NCBI GenBank assembly: GCA_905178155.1
Contig: CAJINV010000002.1
Coordinates: 9,926,650 to 9,990,649 of the forward strand
Direction of reading: 5' to 3'
DNA length: 64,000 bases
Origin: Amoebophrya sp. A120
Lineage: Eukaryota > Protista > Dinoflagellata
Shown piece by piece: positions 31,968 through 42,948 of the stretch. Each line of letters opens with the position of its first letter. Position 1 is the first letter of the stretch. The translations under genes and the position numbers were made by a program. The notes beneath the pieces were generated by a model. It did no database searches, was not told the DNA's origin, and was given only the letters and a program-made list of their open reading frames with translations.

Positions 31968-33458
31968 TCAATGCTCTTGCTGCGGATATTCTGTGAATAT
32001 TTTCCTTGCCGCATTTTGTGCGACTGTAGCACGTTCTGCATCTTGTAGCGCTCTCGTTAGATCAATGTAGTATGGCTCCTGCCACTGTCTTGCTTGCCGC
32101 CCGGATTCGTAACGCGGACTGGCAGTCGGTACATGAAGAGAAAAGCACGGGCAGAAATTCTCTTCTCGGTCATTCAAGTTATCCTCAATGACTTTGCGCG
32201 GAAAGATGAAGACTCCTGCAATAATATCGCCATTCGCAGCCACGGAATTATGGAAGACGACAAGAAAGTCAAGCAGGTGAATGTTGGTACCGGGCCCAGA
32301 GAAAACTATGCCATCGAGACGCGATGTAGCGAGTAGGACCTTCAGTGATCGCGCTCCCGAGAAGCCTCGCCAGTGCTGCGATGCTCTCCGATGCACGACA
32401 CGGTATTGCCCAAGACGAGCATTGCAAAGGTTGATGTCGGACTGTTCAGTCGGAGAAAATTCAAATCGGTACCCCAACGGCTCGTAGAGAATTTTGCGTA
32501 GCTGCAGCAATCCGTCATATGTGGGCTTGTCTTGCGACCGCGTTTGCAATTTCCTTACCCATCCGTCAAATGGCATCTTCTTCGTCTCATTTGTAGTGTT
32601 CCACCTCTCGATTAGGAAATCGCGAACTGCAGTCGCGTCTACAGCTGCAGAAGTGGGAATCTTGAATCTGGTGCGAAATCGGCTGTAGAAGCTGTCCTGT
32701 AAGAACATCTTTCCCTCGCGTGGCGCCACGCATAAAAGTGGTCCGTACTGGAGTCGCTCCTTTTGGTGCGGCTCACATCTGAAGTAGCGGTAGCTCGGCG
32801 ACGCGTAGTCGACCTCGTTTCGCGTGCTACTCTGCGGCTGTTCCTGTTGCAGTCCCAGTCCGGACTTGTACCTATATGAGGATGAGCGAACAAGAATGGG
32901 TAGCCACAGGTCCGGTGCCTCGAGCGCGTCGTTGCTGCTGGTCACGCGGAACAACATACTGGCAGCGAAGTTTAGTGGCAGATTAGTAAACTCGATTTTT
33001 GGGCACTCCATGTTGTCGGTCAGAGTTTGTATTTGATTTTGTATTTCTCGGTGCACGAAATCGATGGCCTCTACCCGCTGCGAGTACCGCAAAAGGCCAG
33101 TACTTCCTACTTTCGAAGGATCCACACCGCTAGGAAAATTCCGCCTAGGTCGGCAACCAGGTGACGCGCGGCGTGGCATGGACTTGCCTTCGTACCCAAG
33201 AAAGTCAGGAAATCCTTTCCAGCCGGAGTTCGCATAGACAACGTTGGGCGACGATGGAACCCCAGGCGGATGGTTTTGCTTGTGCCAGCTGTACCACTGT
33301 CGCGCTTTCCGCAAACCTGCACGACGCGCAATTTCACGCGCCTCAAAGAAGGGAGCAAACTGAGCGCGCTTCCTACCTCGCGCAACTTGGCCCTGCGGTG
33401 CACCTGCGGCCCTCTTGTTCATCGCAAGGATGTGAGACGAGCAGCCAATGGAAGCCAT
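31968..33458 (-). CDS. Tandem paralog 1 (same family)
   Basis: 496 aa, same motif series. Confidence 0.8.
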   Translation of the reverse strand: MASIGCSSHILAMNKRAAGAPQGQVARGRKRAQFAPFFEAREIARRAGLRKARQWYSWHKQNHPPGVPSSPNVVYANSGWKGFPDFLGYEGKSMPRRASPGCRPRRNFPSGVDPSKVGSTGLLRYSQRVEAIDFVHREIQNQIQTLTDNMECPKIEFTNLPLNFAASMLFRVTSSNDALEAPDLWLPILVRSSSYRYKSGLGLQQEQPQSSTRNEVDYASPSYRYFRCEPHQKERLQYGPLLCVAPREGKMFLQDSFYSRFRTRFKIPTSAAVDATAVRDFLIERWNTTNETKKMPFDGWVRKLQTRSQDKPTYDGLLQLRKILYEPLGYRFEFSPTEQSDINLCNARLGQYRVVHRRASQHWRGFSGARSLKVLLATSRLDGIVFSGPGTNIHLLDFLVVFHNSVAANGDIIAGVFIFPRKVIEDNLNDREENFCPCFSLHVPTASPRYESGRQARQWQEPYYIDLTRALQDAERATVAQNAARKIFTEYPQQEH

Positions 33459-33806
33459 TTCGTTTCTATTTCACTACGTAGATGTCATTCTCTCGTTTAG
33501 TCCACGCGCGCAGTCGCTCTTTGCACAACTCGAAACAGCTTCTTCTTGCTCGTACGACGATCTTGTCCTCGTTACATTGTCTTGTTGTTCTTTGTCTCTT
33601 GCAAATCTTCGTATCTGAAGAGCAAGCACGCCTTTGCAGCAACACAACCTGCGACTTTTATCGTCTAACACGATGCCAGGTACAGCATACGTTTTGTTCG
33701 AAAGAGTTTCCCCTTTGGGGAGACGAAGCCAGAGCTTTTAAGTTGCTTTTCAAACAGTCCGACTTTTTCGGTTTGCGTACTAGCAGCGACGATTCCGGTG
33801 GGGCGA

Positions 33807-34723
33807 TCAAAATGCCAACTCCGGCATGTACACCTTTGCATAGTACTTTCCCATGTTCGAAGGATCTGCTCCTACTGCTATCCTAAACAAATCTGGGTCT
33901 GGCCTTGCGCCAATCCCTGCCGCCATGAGCTCCTCCACCGGGTGGCTTAGCTGGCGCTTCCCGGCCTCGAACAATGAATTACCCGTCATGTTCACCCTAT
34001 CCGCTCCGCCGTTCTTCTCGTCCGGAAGGAGAAAATCATTCACGTACGGCATCGATTTCCGGTACTGATGAACCCAATCCGCGGGGTAGGGGTAAGACAT
34101 GTCTTGCCCGGAGAAAAGACCTGCTTTGTTGATTCGTATTGCAAGGGGCAGCTAAGCGATGTCAATCACGTATACAAAAAAACTTCGCTTGGATGCATGA
34201 TATGCAAGATCAAAGAGAGAATCGTACCCATCGGCGCTTTCCACGCATTCTTCCCCACATACGGCCGTATGTCCGCCTTGTGCTTCCTCAGAGGATGGTG
34301 GCTCAGCCCGTCTGATCGTAAAATCTCGAAGTGCTGCTCCTCCGTCGTGTAGGGAACGCAGCCTACCATCTTATCCTCTGGCAATACGCTTGTGATATCC
34401 GAGCAAGCCAAGCACTTCGCCTTCTTCGGATCTGGCATCAATTCCCTCATATTTGGATCCGGCCCCCGTATCCTCGTGTTATAACCTCCGGATTTCGTCT
34501 CCAAATCGCTTGGGACTTTCATCACATTCCGCAAATTTGGCACCCACCCGCAGCCGAACTTCGGGTTTTTGCAGCTCACCTCCGCGCAAGGATCCGTGTC
34601 GGGAAGACGGGTCCCGAAACGCCGTTTGCATCCGTAAATGGTGGGTTTGCAACAGAAATTGCACTGGGCGGAATCGGCGTAGGCGGCGAAGGAGGTGTAG
34701 AGGTGGTGAGCCTTGAAGGACAT
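33807..34723 (-). CDS. Uncharacterised Cys-rich (CxxC-containing) protein, two exons
   Basis: ORFs 34166-34723 and 33807-34100 join through a GT-AG intron (APMG|LFSGQDMSY). The C-terminus is conserved in the duplicate at 31574-31834. Confidence 0.7.
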
Positions 34724-35470
34724 TATTTTGCTGTGCGTTGTTAATGCCTCTCACGCTCGTAAATCAAAATCTACAACAGGAAAACTGCCCCGATATGAAC
34801 CACGACCAGCACAAAAAGCTGAAGCACAACACAAACTATATGAATGGATCATAGCATGTGATCAGTGCAAATAACGGACGAAGAATATTACAACCGCAGC
34901 CGTGCAGCGATCATACAAGCGTCAGTAGCAAACGAGAGACAAAAAAAAAGTTTCAACGATCAACGATTTAACGAAAGTAGAACCTCAGTGAAGATCTGGG
35001 AAGAAACTAAAGTACGATTGCGATGTGTAGACGATGAAGCGAAGATGCAGGGCGAAAGCGATCAAATCATTTTCTCGTCGAACAGCGATAATGATGACTC
35101 TAATGCGACCTTGGTGAGGTGTTGTCTCTGATTTATTTTGCTGCATGGTAAAAATCGACTATCCCATAGTAGTCCAACGGACTTGCGCAAGGTACAGAAC
35201 AGGCTTTGGGGGCCGTAACTCGGACTTCGCTAAAGGATTTAGAAAAAAAGGAATGTCTTTGCTTGCACAGTTTGCACGTACGTCGAACCACTCATGGTCG
35301 GATTTTTACCAGCTCATGAAGCTCTGCTCGCTTTTTTGGTCGCTATTGCAACCGCATGTGAATTTCTGATCATGTCGTCCGCAGCAGCATCGTTAGCTAG
35401 CCGCTTCGTCGTTGTAAAAAAACCATCCTAGAGTGCAGGAAGATGAATCGCCAGAAGTAATTCCTCGGAG

Positions 35471-35771
35471 TTACTTCTTCTTTCCCTTGATTCCCGCCGC
35501 CGCTGCAGCGACCGCCTTCTTCTCGGCAGCCTGTTTTAGGGTTTGGAAACGACACATTCTTTATGTTGCGCGGTCGAAAACTCGCTGCCAAAGAAATTTA
35601 CTTGCATTTCTGGAAAAAGCCCTGCAAAAAAGAGAAAGCAGTAGACTCTTAAATTCATACCTGCTTAGCCTTGAAGGCTTTCTCCTCCTCGGTCATCTCG
35701 CCACCACCGGATTTGGCTTTCTTCTCGACGACGGCACGCTGTGCCTTGTTGCTGGAACCACCGATCGGCAT
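35471..35771 (-). CDS. TMA7: TMA7-like small basic protein, two exons (intron 35531-35660)
   Basis: MPIGGSSNKAQR...EMTEEEKAFKAKQ|AAEKKA...GKKK resembles TMA7 (EMDEEDKAFKQKQ). The intron is GT-AG. Confidence 0.65.
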
Positions 35772-36403
35772 TTTGTATGAAGGGCGGAGCGAACTGGTAA
35801 CACAAAAAGGGTACTGCTAACTCACTTCGACAAGCTTGAGAAGCTAACGATTCGTTGTAAAAAGTCGCAAAGTGGATTGCTCCTGGTTTGCAAAGTTAGA
35901 AGATTCAGAGATTGAAAGTAGAGTGGATGCGCTTTAGAAAGCTTTTCGATCTTAGCGTCGAAGGGTGTGGTTTTGGGGTCAAGTTTTTCTGCTTATTTTT
36001 CAGTCCGTGTATTGCAGCGAGGAACGGATCTAAGGAACTCACGTCATGGTCGCTACACACAAAATTCTTCGACATCAAGATCGTTGTTGTCTTTTTGCAT
36101 TTTGATCTCTGTAGTCGTGTCTTCTCTCGCACAAGCCTTTTATGCGTGCACTAGACCGATGTTTCTCTTTTCCAACTGCGGGCAAATAACATTTCTATTC
36201 AAAAGCGGCTGCAGCTGAGTTTTGCTTTCGTGGATGCCGCCAGAATCAAATGCTAGTACTTCCTGACACGTATTTTCGAAACAAAAAGTAAGCCGTCAAG
36301 ATGCGAACGTTTTGTAGTCATCTTATCTGCACAAGACAGTTTTCTGCCGCACGGTAAAACCGCACCTCCAAATCACAAACCCTCGACAAGCCACCTCACC
36401 AAT

Positions 36404-38925
36404 TCATTTCCCGCGCAATCTCGGATTTACAAAAGCCGCAATCCCATTGTTGAAGTACACATTGCCGAATCTTTGCGCCTGTACTTTCGCATTCCACGGG
36501 AAGTTGAGCACCGGCTCCCAGCCAAAGTGCAGAAAGTTTTTCACTAGCACTTCCTGTGTCGCGTTCCAGGCCTCCATGTGTTCCACGAGGGAATACGGGT
36601 AGGCATCGATGAGGCAGGGCGTTGTCGTCGTAGTGGAGGTAGACGTTGAAAGCGCTGCACATTCTGTTTTTGCAACAAGAAAGGCACGCTCCGCTACGTT
36701 TCCAGACAGTTGTAGTGCCATCGACGTATTTGCTACACCGGTTGCACCGACAGTGCTACAGGAATGATCCACGACTGCAATCGAACTTCCTCCTTGTTCA
36801 AGCGGTGTTTCTGATGTTGTATTTTTCATCTCCACCGCATCAGTGGTGCGAATGCCGGCCTCCTCCATTTCCCGGCGCACCTTCTGTTCCGCTGCCACGC
36901 TAGCGCTCCGCCGGATTTTGTCCAACGAGAACCCCGCGGCGATAAATTCGCTCTCGGAGACTACATCGGCGTTGCACCGACTGCGATCCACGGAGAGGTC
37001 CATTCCCTTCACCGCGTTCTGCAGTCCGTTCCGCGTTAAGACAAAATTGGACACCATCTGGTCGCTGTCCCCGTGGTAGAAGTCCTTCGTGATGGGGAAG
37101 AGGTTGAGCCACTCGAATTGCATCTTCCAGGCGTAGTGGAGGTGCGTGCCGATGTGGACTCTTTTTACGTGCTTGTTCAGGATTTTCTCGAAATTCTTTT
37201 GCACAACACTCCAATCGTCGTTGGCAAAGAGGTAATACTCCGCTCCCTCGATGTCCACGTCAAGAAGGTCAATGATGCGACTGTTTTTGGTAGTACTTTT
37301 ACCGCCAATAAGGCCGTACAATCGGAGTAACCCAGGTAAATCATCCTTCCAGTTGTGCAGGAGCTCGTTGTAGGGCTGTTTTGCCTTCTCATCTTCTTGC
37401 TGCTTCATGCGTCGCAGGCCCCACCAGGCGGGCTATGGGAAAGGAAAACCACGAAAGCACCACTCGCGAAACTTCGAGGCCGCTCGTAAGTAATGAGAGA
37501 CCCAGAGACATCATAGTCAGTAGATAAAAGCGAGGGGTGGCGAGGATGTCTCTTTTCCCATATCCCCCAGCTGTGTTGCATTTGTGCTGCACGATAAAGC
37601 TCGCGGCCGAAGAAGCCGGCGTGAAAATCGAGAGAGCCGCACTTCTGGATGTTTCGAACAGGACCTGAATCGCCATGGTTGATATTCATTTTTCCACCAC
37701 GACCGGCCATTTTTGTTTTGTTGCAGAATCTTTCCATACCTTTGTGCTTCCGCTTCAACCCATGAATCCTTCCCCGCCGGATCCCGTTATGCCTCGCCAT
37801 CTCCGAAACCGTCGGCCCGAGCGCCTGTACCGCGTCGACCAGGAGATACCGGTAGCAAAAATCCTGGTCAAGCTCAGTTCCATATTCTGCATTTCCTTCT
37901 TCCCCGTCCGCCTGATCGAGTCCGCCTCCTCTCGCGAGCCACATCCGGTGCCGCAGCTGCTGCTGGACCGCTTTGTGCGCTGCGAGGGTCCAGTGTCCGT
38001 ACCCTGAGCCCAGCTCAACGACGGTGAAGGGGCGCCGGCAGTTGATGCACAGCGGTCGGGCGGTTGTGGGGCTGGTGTTTGCGTTCTGAGAGTGCGCTTC
38101 CAGCATCTCCGCGCCCACTTTCGGAATCGGGAGGTCGAAATTTGCATCGACGTACTCCTTTGCGGCAGACAGAACAGAGACGTATTCGAAGTACTCCTCG
38201 GAAATACCGGGCCAGGAGGTCTGCAGCGACGTTCTGGATTTTTTTCCCTCGCCATTGACCGTTCTTTCACCGCTGCTGCCAACGTGATTGAAAGTTCCGT
38301 GCTCTTTGTCTTTCCGACGAGCTGTGTCAGTTCTCGCAAGTACAGCCTCCCGAAACGCCTCGCACTGCTTCCGCCGTAGCGAATGGGCCTGCTGCTGCCG
38401 TATAGCCTCGATGTCGTCGCCGTATTTCTTGTTGCAGAAAATGCGGTAGGGGTATCGAACTCCCATAAAGTCAGGGATTATTTGCTTGTCATCGAACGCG
38501 AAAAGGCTGCCTTCCTCGCGTTTTCCTTTGGACGGAAACTCAACGGCACTAGCAGCCTCAGTCGGTATTTTTGGGCGCGACCATTCTGCGGATTTTTGCG
38601 GACCTTCAGGGTGATTGCTTGTGCCATCACCATATTCGTCCGTGCCGCTCTTTGGAACGTCCTCAAAGAAAAACGCGTCGGCCTCGCTTTTGCTGCTTTC
38701 TACATCGGCTTCCGTAATGACAAATGGCCAATATCCAATAGTCGGAGAAAAAATCGGGTGGTGTGCCACAATCTCACCAGTGAGGTCGTTTCTCGTGTAG
38801 GTTTCCACGACTAATTGCTCGCCGGGAGCAACATCTAGTGCGGCGATTGAGACGAGATTGAGCGACAAAACCACGGAGAGAAAAAACAAGGAGAAACGAA
38901 ACATTTTTTTGGAGACAAGTGACAT
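36404..38925 (-). CDS. Putative secreted/membrane SAM-dependent methyltransferase (FkbM-like), probably two exons
   Basis: Hydrophobic N-terminus, VVELGSGYGHW, IDLLDVDIEGAE and VHIGTH. The frame change near 37430-37560 has an acceptor-like ttttcctttcccatag; the donor was not located. Confidence 0.7.
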
Positions 38926-39557
38926 TTGCTGCCCCTTTTGCAGAGGACCTTTTGGCGGACTCTCACTTCATATCTTGGTCTTCGTCTTCCAGAAAGAGAG
39001 AGTCAGGCCTACATACGACCTTAGCACAGACTTCTCTCTCGATGCGGCCCTAGAGGCGAAAACGATGCAGCGCATCAAATAGATATCGTACATGCACCGA
39101 GAAAGGAAGTGGTCCTGAACAAAGTACCTCGACATCATGGCACCGCTGTTGCGGCTCTCCGTCAGAAGCCCGTAACGCCCCAAAGACCTTCTCGAATGAA
39201 ATGGGGAGTACTTCAACCTTCAGAATGAATCAAACATAAACATTCGTTGACTTATCATGCGGTGGAACTTCAAATAGTCGTCAAAACTTGGGAAGAAGCG
39301 AGAGCGAGAGGGGATTAATTTTTGTAAAACATACGTTGCAGGACGGTGGGGGTGTAAAATTTCACTTGCTGCAACAACGGTCTTTAGAAAACGGGCAAGA
39401 ACATGCCTGAAGCGGGGTCCGCCTAGACAACAAAATCGCGATTGAAAATAAATTGCACTGCAGAGGAAATTCAACGTAAACTCTGCACCAGCGATAAACA
39501 ATGTTGTAGCTACTGTACGTATAAAAAAATCAAAATCTAGTGTAAGACGCCACCTAT

Positions 39558-42285
39558 TCATGTGAGCAGCTCTGCATCGAGCTTGAGAGGTGCTGGCTTT
39601 TCCCCGGGACCGCCCGGTGCGATATCCACAGGCGTCGTCTGCAGTCGGTCCTCTGCTGGTGCCGCAGGACTGGCACTCCCTGCCGCCTCTTTCGAAACAC
39701 TTTTATTTGCCAATCCACTTCTCGGACTTTTCCCCCTTGCCGAGCTCAACGGGCTACTGGCGTTGCTGAGCGCGTGCTTTTCCCGCAACAGTGCCTCTCT
39801 TGGGGACTCGAAGTTCCCACCAGATTTTATCCGCGGACTGGGTGAGGGCGACATTTCGTCCTCGTGCACTTCTAAAAAGGTCCTCAAGATAGGCTTCTTC
39901 AGCAGTTTCGCGGCCGCATTATCGAACATATTTTTCGCTCTTGGCCGGTGCTTCTTCTTCGACAACCCCTTGAGGCCGACGCGGCCGAGCGTCGCTTTTG
40001 CCTTCAAACGCTCCACACGCCCGAAGTACCGATCGCCGCCGTTGCCTGATAATTGAAGTTTTTGTCAAGATGAGAGTCAGCAGATTTTCTTTTGGCGTGC
40101 AGCTAGACTGAAGAAAACACAACACAACAAAAACACTATACGCAAAATCAAAAAAATCAGTACGGATCATGGTTTCCGGATCTGGCGTTTTGTAGCTGAC
40201 GACGACGTCCTTGGACGGTTTTTCCGTGATTGTTCCACTGGGATCCTTCTTCTTCTCACCGTCCTCATCGTCGTCCTCCACATTCCCCGCGGTCTGTCCG
40301 AAGTTCTGCCGCAGCATGAGCTTCGTCTTCGCGAAGAACCGCGCTTTCGCGAGGAGTTTCTTTTTCCGCTGTTGGAACGATGCGATGGACAACGCCTCAC
40401 ACAAGGTCGGCGGCAACACGTGCCACGGTTGCGGCGGCAGCGGGTCGTCCGTGTACTTCGGCGGCTCGCCGTCCGGCATGAATTTTACCGGTCGGGACAC
40501 GCTCGGCGTCAACAGCGTCGGATGATATTTCGTCCACGACATGTGGTCTTCCACACTCTGCGCCGAGAACCGCAGTGAGCTGTCCGGACAGGCGAGCAAA
40601 TCCCCGCACGTCGGCCTGGCCTTCGGCTCCTTCGCGAACAGCAGGCGGAGCAAGGGGAACGCCTTCACGTACCTCTTCGGGAACTTCTCCTCGCCGAATC
40701 TGGTCAAATCGGGGACGTCCGTGCCAAAAGTGACAACTTTTTCCACGTACGCGATCCGTTTGTCCACATCCGTCGCGTTCTTCGGGTAGCTGAACGGCGG
40801 CTTCAATGTGCATAATTGCCAGAGAATGTTGCCGATGCCCCACAGGTCGGACTTGCTCGTCACTGCGTCGCCTACGATCACTTCTGGCGGCCAGGAGAGA
40901 ATATCGTCCTCCTTGATACTGTCCCCGTAGTACCGGAACAGCGCGCTGCCCCAGTCGCCCAGCTTCAACTTGTAAAATTTGCACACGTCGAAGTGCGGGC
41001 CGCCCTGGATCGCCGACGGGCCGAGCGGCTCGAGGAAGACGTTGGAGGGTTTGACGTTTCTGTGGATCAAATCGTTGTAATGCAAGTACGCAATCGCGTG
41101 CGTCACCTGCGCCACCCAGTAGCTGATGTCCGCCCACTCTAATCTGGGCACGATGTGCTCCTTGATCCCCCGTCGGTGCAACTTTATCCAGGTTTGCAAA
41201 TCACGGGCTGGTTCAAACGCGGAAATGATGACCAATTCCGTGGACGACCGGTAGCAAGCGAAGAACTTCGTCAAATTTGTGTGTTGCCGCGAAACTTCCC
41301 GCAGTCGGGCAAATTCGTCGATGATTTCCATGGCGCGCGTTATCCGGTCGGGTTTTTTCAGCAGCAGATTCTTCATTTTCTGCGTCACGGGCGTGCGTTT
41401 TATCAAATACAGGTATTTCAAGTGCTCGTCGTAGTAGTTGTCGACCAAGTCCCTCCTGTGCTGCATCTCCTCCGCGAACTGGCCTTTGTTTTCCACCCGA
41501 TTGATCGTCCGCGGGCAAGTGATATTCACGGCCGTCATTCCGTAGGGCGAGATGTGCGGCCCGAGCTGCAGTGGCGGGAGTTTCAGCTTCTTTTTCTCGT
41601 CTTCATCCTCATTCTCGTCGTCCGTGGACTTATTCAGGAGCGCGGACGACGATTTCTTCACGTCCTTCTCCTCCTTCCCCCCGGAGCTGGGAGAGCTGTG
41701 GAGTTCCTTCGCGTCCAGGTCGCTCTTCGACGATCGACTGCTGACGCCCAACCCCCTGGCCGTGTTACGCCGCTCCAGCAGTTTCTTTTGCTGCTTCGCG
41801 TTCTCCTGATCCTGGGCGTGGCTGTACTTGATCACCTGCGGGAAGAAATGCGGGACGCCCGGACAAGACTTGAGCTTCTGCAGGTTTGCGGGCGTCAACA
41901 GCGTGTTCTGGCCCTCGTACAGCTTCTCCGACTTCTTGTCCCCGGCGAAAGAGACCTTCGGCGCGGACTTTTTGTCGTGCAAACCCCCCAGACCCACGGG
42001 TAAAGAATCGCGGCGGATGATGCCGTGCTTCAGCTCGTTATTCCCTTGCAACAGCGTATCCACGTCCACGTCCGGGATCGGCTGCTCGCAATCCACGGTT
42101 CGGGCCAGGTCAAACGGCTGGTGCAGTTTCACAGTTCGCGCGTAGTCCCAGTGCGACCAGACGGTCAAGCTGGGGAAGTAAAAGTAGTCCAGTTTTTTCA
42201 AGAACTTGTCCGCCTCGGCCGTGCGGGTGGGCGACTCTAGCTCTTGGAGCTTCTTGAACGCGGCATTGAACGCCTTTACGTCCAT
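39558..42285 (-). CDS. Ser/Thr protein kinase-domain protein (NEK-like), possible pseudokinase
   Basis: IAYLH..LIHRNVKPSNVFL, LKLGDWG, PPE, KSDLWGIG and P..RP. Probable intron near 40047-40163. Confidence 0.82.
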
Positions 42286-42948
42286 TTTGGCTAGAAGGCT
42301 TTCTTGCTGTATTCAACGGTAATTGTAAAGGGGAAAAATTTGATTATCTCGTAACTTTCGTGATAAGGTGGGGCTGAGTTATAGAAAATGAGAGGTAAAG
42401 GGGGAAGAAGAACAGCGTAAGTGCAATCGTGTGGGGGAAAAACTGAGTTGGAAACGGAGATAGAGTAGAACAGATATGCTTGTGCATCATGATTCTACAC
42501 TTTAGACCCGTAGAGGACATCAACCGGACGAAAACGACGAGGACGACAAGCACGAAGCATTTCCAGCACGCAGAAAAACATCGCACGAAAGAATTGAACG
42601 AAGCCTACCGATGCGGAAGCAAACTACATTCGAAGAATGCATGAAGACTCGAATGCACGAAGACGAAGCCAATATAGAACGATGGCACATGTGTATGTGA
42701 ACGACAAACAGCAGACACTGGCGAGCACAACGGAAACAGAGACACGGCATCTCAAAAATAACGAGTGCGAAACCGAAAAACTAAAGAGTAAAGACACTTT
42801 ACACGATACGACCAAAAAATACACGATATACGCAAGTCAACATCTTCCTCTCCGTCACCCGCAACAAGTAAAGAGTTTTCAATAAGCGTTGTAAGCAACT
42901 TGATTTGAAACAAAATTCATTCTTCTCGTCTATCTTGCGGTTGGTCTT

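Noticed and set aside
42282-42292. ccattttggct resembling the dinoflagellate spliced leader
   Set aside because: It is on the wrong strand for the adjacent gene, overlaps its start codon, and matches only 11 nt.
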